Shown piece by piece: positions 10,677-21,859 of a stretch of DNA of 64,000 nt (position 1 is its first letter; each line of letters opens with the position of its first letter). A program made the translations under genes and the position numbers. Below the pieces are notes generated by a model. It was given only the letters and a program-made list of their open reading frames with translations, searched no databases and was not told the origin of the DNA. The DNA is from an uncultured virus (IMG/VR IMGVR_UViG_3300043781_000019) (Duplodnaviria; Heunggongvirae; Uroviricota; Caudoviricetes; Herelleviridae): IMG/VR virus record IMGVR_UViG_3300043781_000019, one strand, 5' to 3'.

Positions 10677-12398
10677 TTAAGCTGTGATTGTTTCTGGGTT
10701 GTAAATAATATCTACATTAATCTTTCTAAGAACTAAGGAAGGAACAACCGCAATAGATACTGTAGCTTTACTACCCTGAGTTACAACTGTAATATCTGAC
10801 TCATCAAAATCCATAATGACACCGAGAGACTTCTCAGTTGTTAAGAACGCAATAATTGCAGCTTTAATTTCCTTAGCTGCCCCTGTAGTAATCATAGTCC
10901 CCAAGAAGGTGTCATAAAGCATAGTACGCAGATCAACAGTTAAGAAGTCGGAAGCTTCACCTGCACTCATAAGACCAAGGGTTGGGTCATCAATACTACC
11001 ATAGGTAGTAACATCATCCGTTGCCCTAAATACAAGAGCATTACGATTACGCACATACTGAATTGCTACAATTCCTTGGGTATCCAAAACATCAAGCTGC
11101 TCAGACGTAAACTTCTGGTCAATGCTTACAAGATCCAAAGGATAACGATAAATGGACATACCAACTGGAATACCACTTGCAATCCCACCAAGCATTGCTG
11201 CAACCATATAGGCCGGAAGTTGCTTAGTAGTGCCATCATTCATAAGCCTAGAACCAGAGGTTGCCATAAACATAGCACGCTCTGATCTAAGTGCAGACAC
11301 TCGCGATTGAGTTTGCTGAGCACTTTCATTAATGCCACCACCAAGAATAACCCGTGTAGGATTACTTTCTTGGGAGCGTTCCTTTGCCCATGCAATAGCC
11401 TCAGCCTGAATAGCAGGACTATCTGTTAATGGTACAACGTAAAACCCATCACCATCTTGTAAGGTATCAAAGTATGGAGACCATGTTTGAGGAACTTCAC
11501 CATCTGTACCACCTGCTAACTGAGTAAGTGGAAAAGCAACAGGCTCTCCCTTAGATGGGTCATATGAAACTTCAATTTCTGAATCTGCAACATTAACAGT
11601 ATTAAGAAGATCGCCACCAATAGTAGTGATATAAGTGTCCGTGTCAGATTTTAATTGTGTTTCAGCAAGAGCATCAAAGTACTTTGTTTTAACACCAATT
11701 TTATTACCACTAGGGAAGTACTCTGCTTCAAACCCACTAATACCATTGATGTCATTTACAAGCTGATAAGTACTGGAGTAAAGACCCATACCTAATGTAA
11801 AGCTAGCTGCTTCAACAGCAGTTTCTTTGTCATTACCAGCTTTTAAAGTAAGCTTAGTAGCTTGACCGAGTGTTCCCGAACCACCTTCAACAGTTACAGA
11901 AGCATACGCCATTGCACCTGTATACTTAATCCCAAATATATTACCAATACCAGTATAAGTTGAATTATAACGATCTGGCTGGTAAACAACCTGAAAATCT
12001 TTTGCACCTGTAATTGGATTATCCGTCAAGGCTACCTGAACCTGATTAGCAGATGCCGCATAGTCTTTTGACGTTACTGTTAGCCCTGCATTCGTGTAAG
12101 TTGACTGTGTTGGGTTTCCTACCCTAAGCGCAATAATTGGACCCGAAGAAATAGAGCCGTCAGAGGGATTAAATGCAAGTTCAATTGCGTCTAACAAGTC
12201 CCCACCAACAAAAGTTTCCTTTGCTGTCGCATAGTTCTCAATCTGTACAGGAACGTTAGGCGTACCACCTTGTGCTGTCCCTAATAGAACAAGCGTTTTA
12301 TCTGAACCAGATGCAGACCCCGTAATAGCGTCTGTGTTACTTTTAATTCTTACGTCTGGGCGCGGAGAATTATTCATTGGAAAAACAGATACTGCCAT
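10677..12398 (-). CDS. Tail sheath protein
   Basis: 573 aa; GGDLLDAIELAFNPS, DDVTTY, GEASDFL motifs. Confidence 0.92.
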   Translation of the reverse strand: MAVSVFPMNNSPRPDVRIKSNTDAITGSASGSDKTLVLLGTAQGGTPNVPVQIENYATAKETFVGGDLLDAIELAFNPSDGSISSGPIIALRVGNPTQSTYTNAGLTVTSKDYAASANQVQVALTDNPITGAKDFQVVYQPDRYNSTYTGIGNIFGIKYTGAMAYASVTVEGGSGTLGQATKLTLKAGNDKETAVEAASFTLGMGLYSSTYQLVNDINGISGFEAEYFPSGNKIGVKTKYFDALAETQLKSDTDTYITTIGGDLLNTVNVADSEIEVSYDPSKGEPVAFPLTQLAGGTDGEVPQTWSPYFDTLQDGDGFYVVPLTDSPAIQAEAIAWAKERSQESNPTRVILGGGINESAQQTQSRVSALRSERAMFMATSGSRLMNDGTTKQLPAYMVAAMLGGIASGIPVGMSIYRYPLDLVSIDQKFTSEQLDVLDTQGIVAIQYVRNRNALVFRATDDVTTYGSIDDPTLGLMSAGEASDFLTVDLRTMLYDTFLGTMITTGAAKEIKAAIIAFLTTEKSLGVIMDFDESDITVVTQGSKATVSIAVVPSLVLRKINVDIIYNPETITA

Positions 12399-12413
12399 TT
12401 TTTATCCTACTTT

Positions 12414-12617
12414 CTATTTTATTCCTAAGTATTTTTTTAAATGTGGAATATAGGATTTCATATCCGGTACCACATACATTCCCTTAGTCTTCATTAAGCT
12501 AATAAATCCTGCTTTCTGCATCCTACTTAAGTGGTAGATAGACGCAACAGAATTTACAAAAGACTCTACATTGACAAATTGAGGAACTTTTGCAGTCTCT
12601 TTACTAGTTTTCTCCAT
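12414..12617 (-). CDS. Small hypothetical protein upstream of sheath
   Basis: ORF; QKAGF motif and position as in related phages. Confidence 0.6.
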   Translation of the reverse strand: MEKTSKETAKVPQFVNVESFVNSVASIYHLSRMQKAGFISLMKTKGMYVVPDMKSYIPHLKKYLGIK

Positions 12618-13500
12618 ACTTATTCCTATCCTTTAATATAATTTCTTTAAATCTTTCAGAAGAATCCATAGATACACTGTACGTGTTCTGGTAAGTTATG
12701 ACAGTAGGAAAAGCGTATATAGGTCGAGCTAGCTTCATGTCAAGGAGCTGCTCTCCTTGAGACTCTATGTTTGCTAGTTGATAGTAATTGTTTTCTCTAA
12801 AGCTCTTTCTCATAATTAAAAGAACATATTTTAAAATTGAGTCTAAGCACCTTGCTGTATCTACATTGTTTGAAATAGCCTGAACCATAACTTTTTCTGT
12901 AAATACTGCACCTACATCAACACCACCATAGTTGCTTTTATAGCCTTCGTCTGCCACATGATAAGTAACTGTAAAGGTTTCCCCTAAGTAATCGGCTGCT
13001 TCATCTGTAAGGTTAACCCGTTTAACGTCTGGGTCATCTCGCTCTCTATCAACAAATGTATCTGATGCAACTTCTGATATTGAAACAAGATCATCTATGG
13101 GCTGTGTTAGCTCAAAATAGTAGCCATCATCATCTTTTAAAACTACACAGGAATCTACTTGAGAGTTTTCTTTAACTGCTGGCTTACTATCATTATGCTC
13201 ACCAACTATACTTCCAATTGAATCAGTAGACTCCTTACCAGATCCCCGCATAATAATATACATAGCATCTAAGTTTTCTTTCTGAGTTGGAAAGGCATAT
13301 GAAAACTGTATTTCCTGCTTATTGTTTCCAGAGAATGCTTTCATAAAGGTATCCTCAACTGATGTATCACCACCAATTTCAGTATTACCTATCGCTTCAC
13401 GGATAATATAGCTTTCGTCATCTGTTCCAATTGTACTTATCACTTTATTGATATAATACTTAAGGGTATCATATACATACATGTCTGCCTTTGGTATCAC
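12604..13500 (-). CDS. Tail completion/neck protein
   Basis: Synteny between capsid and sheath. Confidence 0.55.
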   Translation of the reverse strand: MIPKADMYVYDTLKYYINKVISTIGTDDESYIIREAIGNTEIGGDTSVEDTFMKAFSGNNKQEIQFSYAFPTQKENLDAMYIIMRGSGKESTDSIGSIVGEHNDSKPAVKENSQVDSCVVLKDDDGYYFELTQPIDDLVSISEVASDTFVDRERDDPDVKRVNLTDEAADYLGETFTVTYHVADEGYKSNYGGVDVGAVFTEKVMVQAISNNVDTARCLDSILKYVLLIMRKSFRENNYYQLANIESQGEQLLDMKLARPIYAFPTVITYQNTYSVSMDSSERFKEIILKDRNKYGEN

Positions 13501-14084
13501 TAAGCTCCCACCACCTGTCTAATAACGTCTTCTATGCTATCAATAATGGCGTCTGTCTTCTGATCGTTTAACCGATTTCTACCAATGATCCAGCTATCAA
13601 TTGGAGATTTAGCCGATACTGTTCGGAAAGCTATATAATTTGTACGTCCTAAGTTGTCCTTCATTTTTGTTAAGTTTCCAGACTTCTTAGTAACTACTGG
13701 CAAACCTATTTGGCTACGCTGTGATACTAAGCTATCTATGTATTGAGTAGAAAAGTTCAAGGCTCCAGAAAATGCTTTCTCTACATTTACCTGTAACTGA
13801 CTGCTCATGCTACTAGTTTGTCTTGCAATTGGTACAATCAAATACCATGAGCCTTCCTTTGTGTACTGGACTTTACTACTGTGTTCAAATGCAGGCTTCA
13901 TATCATACATGGGATTATTATTAACAGGAACATAAATAGAAAAAGTGTTCCCAGATTGCTTGTGCTTAACCCCAACTGAATCTGCTACCGTACTAGCAGC
14001 TAAAAAAGCAGCAGCTACCATCTTTTCGGTTAGCTTTTCACTAGTTATCTGAATATCTTTTACAACGTTAAAGTCATCCGCCAT
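13500..14084 (-). CDS. Neck/virion morphogenesis protein
   Basis: WYLIVPI...YIAFRTVS motifs; synteny. Confidence 0.55.
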   Translation of the reverse strand: MADDFNVVKDIQITSEKLTEKMVAAAFLAASTVADSVGVKHKQSGNTFSIYVPVNNNPMYDMKPAFEHSSKVQYTKEGSWYLIVPIARQTSSMSSQLQVNVEKAFSGALNFSTQYIDSLVSQRSQIGLPVVTKKSGNLTKMKDNLGRTNYIAFRTVSAKSPIDSWIIGRNRLNDQKTDAIIDSIEDVIRQVVGA

Positions 14085-15022
14085 TAAAACCCAAATCCTT
14101 TATCAGTGTCCTTATTAGCAGATCTAGAAATTATATCCATCTGGCTAACAACGGGCTTAGTATTTTCTTCACCATTTCCTGTGTTTATCATAGGAATATT
14201 GTTATGAAATACTTCTTCACGTTTCAACAGAAGTTTTCTTGGAAGCTCAGTATATCGCTCACTTGTATTATTACGCTTAGTATATTGATACCTAAGTTCT
14301 TTAAGTACATTTACTACAATATATCTAAGCGTGACACTTAGAATTAAAGACAGATTGTACCCTATCAAACTACTATTTGGAATAATCTTATCGTGCTCTC
14401 TATCAAAAGTGTACTCAGATCCTTCCATAGCCTGCTGTAGGATGCCATCTTTCATATAACTAGCAAATATAATGGAATGTACATCATATGGAATCTGATG
14501 ACCATCCGCTACTCTATCATCTGTTACATTAAACATGTATTGCTGTCTAACTTGGGCATCAGGTACTGTTATTCTATCCCATGCACTAACCTTACTATTT
14601 CGACCTACTGTACCTATAGCACTTCCTGAATCAAAATAACCTGCTTGGTATTGAGCATAACCTTTATCATTCTCCTGTATAGCCACTAAAGTATCCTTAG
14701 CAGGTAAATAACCTCGTCCTTCCCCATGACAGATGGGGCACTTTGGGTTTGGTGCCAATGTTTTAGGGTTAACACAGGGACAAATAAATGATTGCTCCCA
14801 GCTAGTCTTAAGACCAACTTTATTAACAAAAGCATCAAGGTGTTGTAAATCAAACTCTGATGGATCGTCTATCCCACTTATAGTTGGCTGAGAGTTATCA
14901 ATATCAGTGCTTTCCAACCTTTTAGTAAGATTATTAGTTACTTTGTCAACACCGTTAACTTTTTTGTCAGAGGTGTTATTGTTGCTTATCCATACTGGAG
15001 TTACTGGTGAAATATCACTCAT
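14084..15022 (-). CDS. Head completion/neck protein with Cys cluster
   Basis: WEQSFICPC...CPICHGEG; synteny. Confidence 0.6.
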   Translation of the reverse strand: MSDISPVTPVWISNNNTSDKKVNGVDKVTNNLTKRLESTDIDNSQPTISGIDDPSEFDLQHLDAFVNKVGLKTSWEQSFICPCVNPKTLAPNPKCPICHGEGRGYLPAKDTLVAIQENDKGYAQYQAGYFDSGSAIGTVGRNSKVSAWDRITVPDAQVRQQYMFNVTDDRVADGHQIPYDVHSIIFASYMKDGILQQAMEGSEYTFDREHDKIIPNSSLIGYNLSLILSVTLRYIVVNVLKELRYQYTKRNNTSERYTELPRKLLLKREEVFHNNIPMINTGNGEENTKPVVSQMDIISRSANKDTDKGFGF

Positions 15023-15034
15023 TATGTATCACCT

Positions 15035-15931
15035 CTAAAGCTCTGTAAATTGTGGCTGAAATTTAGCTCTAAGCGCATCAAGTAAGTCACTAATATCTTG
15101 GTCAATAATATCAATATCCGCCCTAGAACCAGTATACATAGCACTTTGTGTTGTTTCTATTGATTCACTTATACCATCAATAGAGAATGATCTACCAGCA
15201 ATACCAGCGCCAATGATTAAACGACCCCATTGCTGTAAAGCTTCCTTCATTGCATACTTAATAACAAGTTGCCTAAGCTCTGCTGGGAATTCAAAATCCT
15301 GAGTAACCGCATATCGCTTGGGGGGTAGAAATCCTGCTACATAGTCAATATCAAAGGCTTGCGGAGCATAGTTTCCACTGGCTCCATTAAAGGCGAATGA
15401 GTTTGCTACAACTACAGGTGCACTCATGAACCCTAATGACATGCTACTACCAGATCCGCCCATTCCAGTTGCTTGCATAAGGGGACTAGGAAATATTTGT
15501 ATCTGCCCTGCTAGCGGGTATATCTTCCACCACTCTGGCGGATAGTTAAATACATTGAAGTTATTCATCTGCAATTTAAACTTCAATACCTGTATGATCG
15601 GCTTCTTATATAAAGTTGTAAACGCATAAGAGTTGTATTCAGAGTCATAGTAGTCATGATGCTCTCTTGCAACTGCTCTTGGAAGAATAACTATGTCAAG
15701 AACATCCTCTGCCTTTTTAATAGCAGATTCTATAATATCCCAATACCACGAGTCTGGTAAAGGTTCCCCTGTCTCAGGGTCTTTAATTTCCATACCAACC
15801 ATATACCCCTTAATTGCACTAGGAGTAAGTCCATACATATCAGGTGTAAAGCTATCTATCTTGTCTAGGTCTACTCTTTTAGGATTATTTTCACCATATG
15901 GGTATCCATTTTGCATATCTTGGTCGTCCAA
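15035..15931 (-). CDS. Head-tail adaptor/neck protein
   Basis: WGRLIIGAGIA...TTQSAMY motif; second gene after capsid. Confidence 0.65.
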   Translation of the reverse strand: MDDQDMQNGYPYGENNPKRVDLDKIDSFTPDMYGLTPSAIKGYMVGMEIKDPETGEPLPDSWYWDIIESAIKKAEDVLDIVILPRAVAREHHDYYDSEYNSYAFTTLYKKPIIQVLKFKLQMNNFNVFNYPPEWWKIYPLAGQIQIFPSPLMQATGMGGSGSSMSLGFMSAPVVVANSFAFNGASGNYAPQAFDIDYVAGFLPPKRYAVTQDFEFPAELRQLVIKYAMKEALQQWGRLIIGAGIAGRSFSIDGISESIETTQSAMYTGSRADIDIIDQDISDLLDALRAKFQPQFTEL

Positions 15932-15941
15932 TAAAATTCAC

Positions 15942-16253
15942 CTACTTATCTGTACTCTTAGTACTTACCCTTCGCTTTCTAGTCTGCTTAGGTGCTTGCT
16001 TAGGGGCATCTTTCTTTGCATTGGCAACTACAGCTTCTTTACTTTCAGGCACCTTAGAAGACGATTTAGGGGCGCTAGTAGCTTTCTTAGGTTTACTACT
16101 TACCCGTGAAAATCCGCCAACTTGAATAAGCCGCTCTTCCTCAGCAGAAGTCAGCCCATCTACATAGCCATCTTTATCTACATCTATTTTACCAAATTCT
16201 GTAAACAAGCTCTTTGAACAAAACTTTTTATTGTATAACAAATTAATTCCCAC
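15942..16253 (-). CDS. Hypothetical protein with Lys-rich tail
   Basis: ORF directly after capsid, preceded by the late motif. Confidence 0.55.
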   Translation of the reverse strand: MGINLLYNKKFCSKSLFTEFGKIDVDKDGYVDGLTSAEEERLIQVGGFSRVSSKPKKATSAPKSSSKVPESKEAVVANAKKDAPKQAPKQTRKRRVSTKSTDK

Positions 16254-16313
16254 TTTCGTTCTCTAATATAGACAATACCTACTATCACTATTATACCACA
16301 GTATTAAGGGCAT

Positions 16314-16340
16314 AAAAAAATAGGGAAGTTATTCCCTATT
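16314..16340 (-). terminator. Intrinsic terminator after capsid gene
   Basis: aataggga..tccctatt hairpin with U tract on - strand. Confidence 0.65.
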
Positions 16341-16354
16341 CTTATTATTAAATA

Positions 16355-17812
16355 TTAACGTTGTGGTGCAACATCATATGCGCCAACGTTATGCAACCGA
16401 ACCCAACGCCGTGGAATGAACAGTGCCAAAGCACCGAACCACATGAATGCCCATGTGTTCATAGCAGTCAATGTTGCAAGATCCAGCCTTGAAATTGGGA
16501 GGAATTCATACAATGTAATAACTTCTGGTGACATATCGCCAACAAAGGCGTCAACCGTACCAGGGATTGTTTCGTCTGCATCGTTGAACGATACTTTACC
16601 ACCATTTGCCAAATGTGCTGATACCTTACCAATTAATGAATAGCTACCACTAGCAGCTTCACGGTAAATTTCAACATACTCTACAGGGTTGCCATAAGTG
16701 TTCGGAAGAGAAACTTCCAAGTTAACAGTATCCGTTACCGCAGCAATTTTAGCATTAGCATCAACAATAGGAGACTTAGTCTGACCAGATACGGTACGAA
16801 CCTTATAGTTCAGCTGACCAACATCTGAGTCAAGGAAATTGCCAAGCTTAGTTGTGCTTTCGGCAGTTGCTGTTACAACTGGGGCAACACCACTAACGTT
16901 ATCGTCTTCTTCATCCAAAATGTTTGGAAGATCCATCAAGTTAGACCCGTTAAGATTAATTGGTCCTACAACAGACTGGAACCTAGGAGCATCAAAACCA
17001 ATAACATTACGCTGTGGGTTAGCACCCATAAATACACGCTGGGAAGGAAGCAAATCATTAACCAACTTAGCCTTTGCCGCGTTTGGAAGGAATGCATCAG
17101 TAGCATTACCATATGCGCGTGAAATGGTAATTGCGGCTTGTTGGAGGTCATCTTGCGACAATGATTTGCCACGCAAGTCAATGACATTCTTTGGATCAAT
17201 CAGGGAGGTCAAGCCATCAAATTCTGTACCTTCTGTGTCAGAAGCAGAATGCAAGCCTGAATTACCGTAGAAGCCCATCCATTCAATACTACCAGCCAAG
17301 GTGATAATGGCGTCACGAGTTGCTTCGCCCAAAGGATCTGAAACACCTTGTGCCAATTCTGCTTGAATAGAAACTTGACGAACGGCACTCAGATACTTCA
17401 TGCGAACCTGCTTACGAGTAAACCGTGGGGAGCTAATCTTAGAAAGTTCGCCTTCGTGCATTGCCAAAGCATGACCAACTTCACCATGCTTGTCATACGA
17501 AATGTATTGACGAACTGTACTTTGTACCTGTTCCTTGTTAATCTTGTTGAAGAATACAAATTGTTCTTGACCATAAGTTAATTGCTTAACCATGGCATCA
17601 AGGTCTTCAACACGCAGTGGGGTTGTAAAGCCCTGCATACTGTTAGGATTTACATTGTAACCAACAACACCAGCACCAGCGTCAGGAGCAAGAGCCTTTA
17701 CGGCCTCTTCCTGTTCAGCTTTAGCCTTGTTATATGTGTCTAAACTAAAAGTTTGACCAGCTGCTGCACCAATATGTTCAATTTGTGCTTTGCTAAGATT
17801 TCTTGTCTTCAT
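16355..17812 (-). CDS. Major capsid protein
   Basis: 485 aa; LRVEDLD, HGEVGH, IEWMGFYG, EFDGL motifs of K/Twort-like capsids. Confidence 0.93.
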   Translation of the reverse strand: MKTRNLSKAQIEHIGAAAGQTFSLDTYNKAKAEQEEAVKALAPDAGAGVVGYNVNPNSMQGFTTPLRVEDLDAMVKQLTYGQEQFVFFNKINKEQVQSTVRQYISYDKHGEVGHALAMHEGELSKISSPRFTRKQVRMKYLSAVRQVSIQAELAQGVSDPLGEATRDAIITLAGSIEWMGFYGNSGLHSASDTEGTEFDGLTSLIDPKNVIDLRGKSLSQDDLQQAAITISRAYGNATDAFLPNAAKAKLVNDLLPSQRVFMGANPQRNVIGFDAPRFQSVVGPINLNGSNLMDLPNILDEEDDNVSGVAPVVTATAESTTKLGNFLDSDVGQLNYKVRTVSGQTKSPIVDANAKIAAVTDTVNLEVSLPNTYGNPVEYVEIYREAASGSYSLIGKVSAHLANGGKVSFNDADETIPGTVDAFVGDMSPEVITLYEFLPISRLDLATLTAMNTWAFMWFGALALFIPRRWVRLHNVGAYDVAPQR

Positions 17813-17857
17813 TAAAAAAGTTCACTCTTTCTAATTGTTTTTATGCTTTTCATACCG

Positions 17858-17865
17858 TAATATAG
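17858..17865 (-). promoter_or_regulatory. Putative late promoter core CTATATTA (also at 16264, 19731, 21844, 26253, 32812)
   Basis: Exact 8-mer in six intergenic positions upstream of - strand genes. Confidence 0.65.
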
Positions 17866-17888
17866 CACTTAACTACATCAAGTTATTA

Positions 17889-18914
17889 TTACTTTTCTGC
17901 GTAATCAGCGACTTCTTTAAGCTGATCTAGGCTAAACCCATAAGCGCTCTCTGATGATGCCAGTTTTTGAATAAGAACTGACTTAGACGCATAATCCTCT
18001 TGACTAATACTATTACTTTCTGCTTGAGAAATAATATGATCTGTATAGTTGCTAAGGTTATTAATAGCTGCAATATAAGTTTCTGGAATAGACTTTTCTA
18101 CAGTTTCCTTTTCCTCTTTAGCATCTTCCTCATCCTTACCATCAGCTACTGCATCCGTTGCAGAACTCTTGGTGGCAGTATCATAGACATCATCTTTATC
18201 ATCAACAGACTCAGCTTCTTCAAGAGGCTTTTCCTTATCATCCGGTTTATCGTCATGACTTTCTTCCGGCTTTTTATCAGGATCCTTTACATCAGAAACT
18301 TCTGATTCCTTTTCTGATTCCTTAGAATCATCTTTCTTGTCATCGTTGCTTTCAGAGACTTCGGCTTTGTCATCAAGAACAACAGATTTATTTGCTAACT
18401 TTTCTGACACTAGTTCTTTCAAACTAGTAATAGCATCAACAATATCCTTGGTTTGGTTCTGAACCTTAACAATAGCAGCGCTGTTATCCTCTAAAGCCTT
18501 AGATACATTGCTATAACCACCATTAAATACATCAACCAGATCAGAAAGCTTTAGAACACTTGACTTATCAGTTGACTTAAGCTTATCAGGAGAGCCGTGA
18601 TCTTCTAACGGCTTAGGGTTAATTGGAATTCCATCATCTACGCCTTTGCCATCATGTTCCTTTTTAGCAGGAACATTTTCTGGCTGACTATTTTCTACAT
18701 CGTCTGAACGGTCGTCATCATCATCAGATTTTTTAGCTTCGTCTGCAACGCCTTCATCCTTGCTGGGATGCTTATCCTTTTCCTGATCTGGCTTGCTGTC
18801 TTTCTTGACATCAACAGATTCTTTATTCTTATCTTGATCTGTTTCCTTATCCTTATCCAAGCCTTTTTCAGCCTTTTCCTTATTCTTGTCATACTCTTTA
18901 AGTACGCTCTTCAA
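17889..18914 (-). CDS. Acidic scaffold-like protein
   Basis: D/E/K-rich low complexity, between protease and capsid. Confidence 0.6.
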   Translation of the reverse strand: MKSVLKEYDKNKEKAEKGLDKDKETDQDKNKESVDVKKDSKPDQEKDKHPSKDEGVADEAKKSDDDDDRSDDVENSQPENVPAKKEHDGKGVDDGIPINPKPLEDHGSPDKLKSTDKSSVLKLSDLVDVFNGGYSNVSKALEDNSAAIVKVQNQTKDIVDAITSLKELVSEKLANKSVVLDDKAEVSESNDDKKDDSKESEKESEVSDVKDPDKKPEESHDDKPDDKEKPLEEAESVDDKDDVYDTATKSSATDAVADGKDEEDAKEEKETVEKSIPETYIAAINNLSNYTDHIISQAESNSISQEDYASKSVLIQKLASSESAYGFSLDQLKEVADYAEK

Positions 18915-18916
18915 AA

Positions 18917-19687
18917 TCAGTCACCTTCAATACTTTCTATGCACTTTATAGCATCATCATGTGATAATCCTCTACCTAATTGCAGAATCAGCGCGTTAGT
19001 ATTCTTACTACTAAGCCCTGTAGAGTCTAGTTCATCTTGCGCCTTGCAAAGAATATCATCAGAATTATCTTTCCCCATTGTATAAGTAAGCATTGCAATT
19101 GCACTTGCAACACTCTCTTTTCTAAGGGCTGACAACCCTTGCTCTGTATCTGGGTCAATATCATAGCCAATCATACTAGCGTCATCTAATGACTTTGTGG
19201 CAATTTCCCATGTTGCATGAGAGTTAGCTGGATGAGAGGTTACAGTAATATTCTTAATCTGAATCTTTGTAATAACATTAGGATGTAAAGGGTCCCTCTT
19301 CAATATTGGTCCTTCTATGCTAAATCCTAGACTACGATTCTTACTAGATTCCTTGCTTAAAATGTTCTGCAGACTCCATACTTGCTTTGCCCTTGGGCTT
19401 TCTTTATAAAGCTTAGCTTTAACATGAAAACCATCATCATCTATATAAGCGTCCTCTGGCTCTCCAATAATATCTTCAACATTATGCCCATGCTCGTAGG
19501 TTATCCAGCCATTATTCATAAAATAGCTTTTGTAATCAATTGCATCAGGAAGAATTACTTCATTTTGAAAATCTTTATCAGGAGTAGAGGCTAACCCAGA
19601 AATGTACCAATCTTTGCTTTTTCCCTTATCTGATTTCTCAGCAACAAGGGGAACAAAGACGCTTAAAATATCTATATCCCTGTTCAA
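18917..19687 (-). CDS. Prohead protease
   Basis: GLASTPDKD, YEH, LGFSIEG, PAN motifs. Confidence 0.88.
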   Translation of the reverse strand: MNRDIDILSVFVPLVAEKSDKGKSKDWYISGLASTPDKDFQNEVILPDAIDYKSYFMNNGWITYEHGHNVEDIIGEPEDAYIDDDGFHVKAKLYKESPRAKQVWSLQNILSKESSKNRSLGFSIEGPILKRDPLHPNVITKIQIKNITVTSHPANSHATWEIATKSLDDASMIGYDIDPDTEQGLSALRKESVASAIAMLTYTMGKDNSDDILCKAQDELDSTGLSSKNTNALILQLGRGLSHDDAIKCIESIEGD

Positions 19688-19743
19688 AATGCCACCTGCT
19701 TATTCTTTACTATTGTTTGCCTTTCACAGATAATATAGAAGAA

Positions 19744-21423
19744 CTATTTTTTACTGCTTCCACCTTGTTTGTAAGAATTAGTATTCTTCTTATTCTTCAG
19801 CTGTCCATCTTTACCAACACCCTGCTGGTTATCTTTACCACTAGGCTTAGCATCCTTACCTGTATATCCCTCCTGATTTTGTTGAAAACTGTTAGAGGAA
19901 CTTGGGGGCAGCGTTGGAGGAGTACCGCTAGGATTTTGTAGTGCTGATTCTAGCTGAGTAAGACGTGTTTGCTGACGCTGAAACTCATTCTGCTTAATCT
20001 GCTCTTGCTGGCCTAACCGCTGAATGTAAACAGCACTCAATATAATGTCACCACCAGCAATTTTAGGCAATCCTTGCTTCTCACGATAGTCATTAACCGT
20101 GGTTGCAGTTTGTAATTCTAACTGGACGCTTTTCAGCTTATCCTGCTGGCTTCTTGCGTCTCCACCGACAAACTCTAGCATGTAGTTATCACCAAGAATT
20201 TGTCTAATAATACCATTAGTAAGATTCTTAGCAATCATATCTAAAAGCGGTGTCAAACCCTTGCTCTTTGAGGCATCAATTTTATTTTGATTGTTGCTTT
20301 CATTAAGTGAATTTGACTTATTACCAGTTGCACCACCACGATTCTGCATCCCAATTTCAGCAGGATCCATCGCTACAAGAGCACAAATGATGTTAATTAA
20401 ATAGTTCAGCCAAGACTGAAATTGCATATCTTCTGCTTGTGTCATGCTAACAAACTTAGCATCCTCAGCAGTAATCATAGGAATCCTATACGCCCCATTA
20501 ATGCCACTACTTGTTGCTGTCCAGTGACGTTTGAAGTCTTCAAGAGCACGCATACTTGTGTTAGTAACAGAGGGACTAGGCTTAACTAGTAAGATACCTT
20601 TTGTTGTACCACCATGTGTAAAGAAGCGGTCATTGAATAACTCGGTATTTTCATGGGATATAAACTCGCGCAACCCCATTTCAAGTTCTGATAATCCGTA
20701 GCCACCTGATAGAATGTCACTTCTTGGGTTTCGTATGAACATACCCATTTCGTCAGCGGTAAAAGAACCCCTAACCTTATTATCAATGTATTGCCGGTAT
20801 ATTTTTCCTCGTGTACGCCTATGCCCATGCTCATCATTAGCAAAATAGATTGTTGTTGGATCAACCAGTCTGGTGTGAGAAAGTCTTCCTTTACTATCAT
20901 AAGTATTCTCATAGTTTACTTGGTCATATGTATAGGTGTCTCTGACTAGCTTTCTTAAGAAGCTTGTAAAATCATCGCGTATTGGGCTATAATCAACACC
21001 CATTCGTTCAATATATCGCTCTGCATAATCAATCTTTTTTTGCTGTTCTTTAGTTGGCTTGTCACCATTCTTAAGACGTACTTGATACCCCATACCATTA
21101 TCATCTGTTGAAGCCCTATGAGCATATTCGGTTACTTGGTTGGCTCTTGTATTAATAATGGCATTCAGCACAACATTCATACTGTATTGCCTAAGCACAT
21201 CTGTGATACGCCCAAAGGCAATTGGTGATGGCTTCGGAACAATCGAAGTATCTTCCAAGGTGCTAAACATAAGATTACCGTCTACAGGCTCTGTATAAGC
21301 TCTATCAACACCATTCAAAGCCTTGGAAGCAGTGTCATTTGCAATTTTACTATCAATATGCTTAAAAAAAGCGTTGGGATCATCGGTATAAAACTTAGTT
21401 CTGAACCTATCAAATATCCCCAT
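19744..21423 (-). CDS. Portal protein
   Basis: AIINTRANQV, GYGLSELE, FTHGGTTKGIL, DPAEIG. Confidence 0.92.
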   Translation of the reverse strand: MGIFDRFRTKFYTDDPNAFFKHIDSKIANDTASKALNGVDRAYTEPVDGNLMFSTLEDTSIVPKPSPIAFGRITDVLRQYSMNVVLNAIINTRANQVTEYAHRASTDDNGMGYQVRLKNGDKPTKEQQKKIDYAERYIERMGVDYSPIRDDFTSFLRKLVRDTYTYDQVNYENTYDSKGRLSHTRLVDPTTIYFANDEHGHRRTRGKIYRQYIDNKVRGSFTADEMGMFIRNPRSDILSGGYGLSELEMGLREFISHENTELFNDRFFTHGGTTKGILLVKPSPSVTNTSMRALEDFKRHWTATSSGINGAYRIPMITAEDAKFVSMTQAEDMQFQSWLNYLINIICALVAMDPAEIGMQNRGGATGNKSNSLNESNNQNKIDASKSKGLTPLLDMIAKNLTNGIIRQILGDNYMLEFVGGDARSQQDKLKSVQLELQTATTVNDYREKQGLPKIAGGDIILSAVYIQRLGQQEQIKQNEFQRQQTRLTQLESALQNPSGTPPTLPPSSSNSFQQNQEGYTGKDAKPSGKDNQQGVGKDGQLKNKKNTNSYKQGGSSKK

Positions 21424-21434
21424 TGTAAACTCCC

Positions 21435-21788
21435 TTAAACAACATAACTAACTCTGTCTTTCCCCTTTATAGGGAAGTCTGATAAATAGTCAGCTACCTT
21501 TTCTTCCTTTTCCGAGTAGTAAAAGAACTTCTTATAGGTGTAAACATCTTGTGAGTCTCTTAAAATGATACCAGATTTGCCAAGAAGCACAGACTTTCCA
21601 TCATCACGATTAGCTATGAAGTTAAAAGGAATCTGGTTTTTGTCTACTACAAGCAACTTAATATGACTTCCATTAAATAAGTTGTAGTAAGTCATTACTT
21701 CTGTCCAATCATCTTTATTACCACTATTAGAAGCTATTTTCTTTGATACTACCCATGTTTTATCTTTTTCGTAAATGTATGTCACCAC
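21435..21788 (-). CDS. Hypothetical protein upstream of portal
   Basis: ORF, synteny. Confidence 0.55.
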   Translation of the reverse strand: MVTYIYEKDKTWVVSKKIASNSGNKDDWTEVMTYYNLFNGSHIKLLVVDKNQIPFNFIANRDDGKSVLLGKSGIILRDSQDVYTYKKFFYYSEKEEKVADYLSDFPIKGKDRVSYVV

Positions 21789-21859
21789 CTATGCTACAAT
21801 TCTACTATTATTATTATAACACAAATTTTGACTTTTCAAGGTGTAATATAGATACAACG

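Noticed and set aside
2651..20912. Many antisense or out-of-frame ORFs of 60-143 aa in the structural module
   Set aside because: Shadow ORFs of real genes with no recognisable motifs
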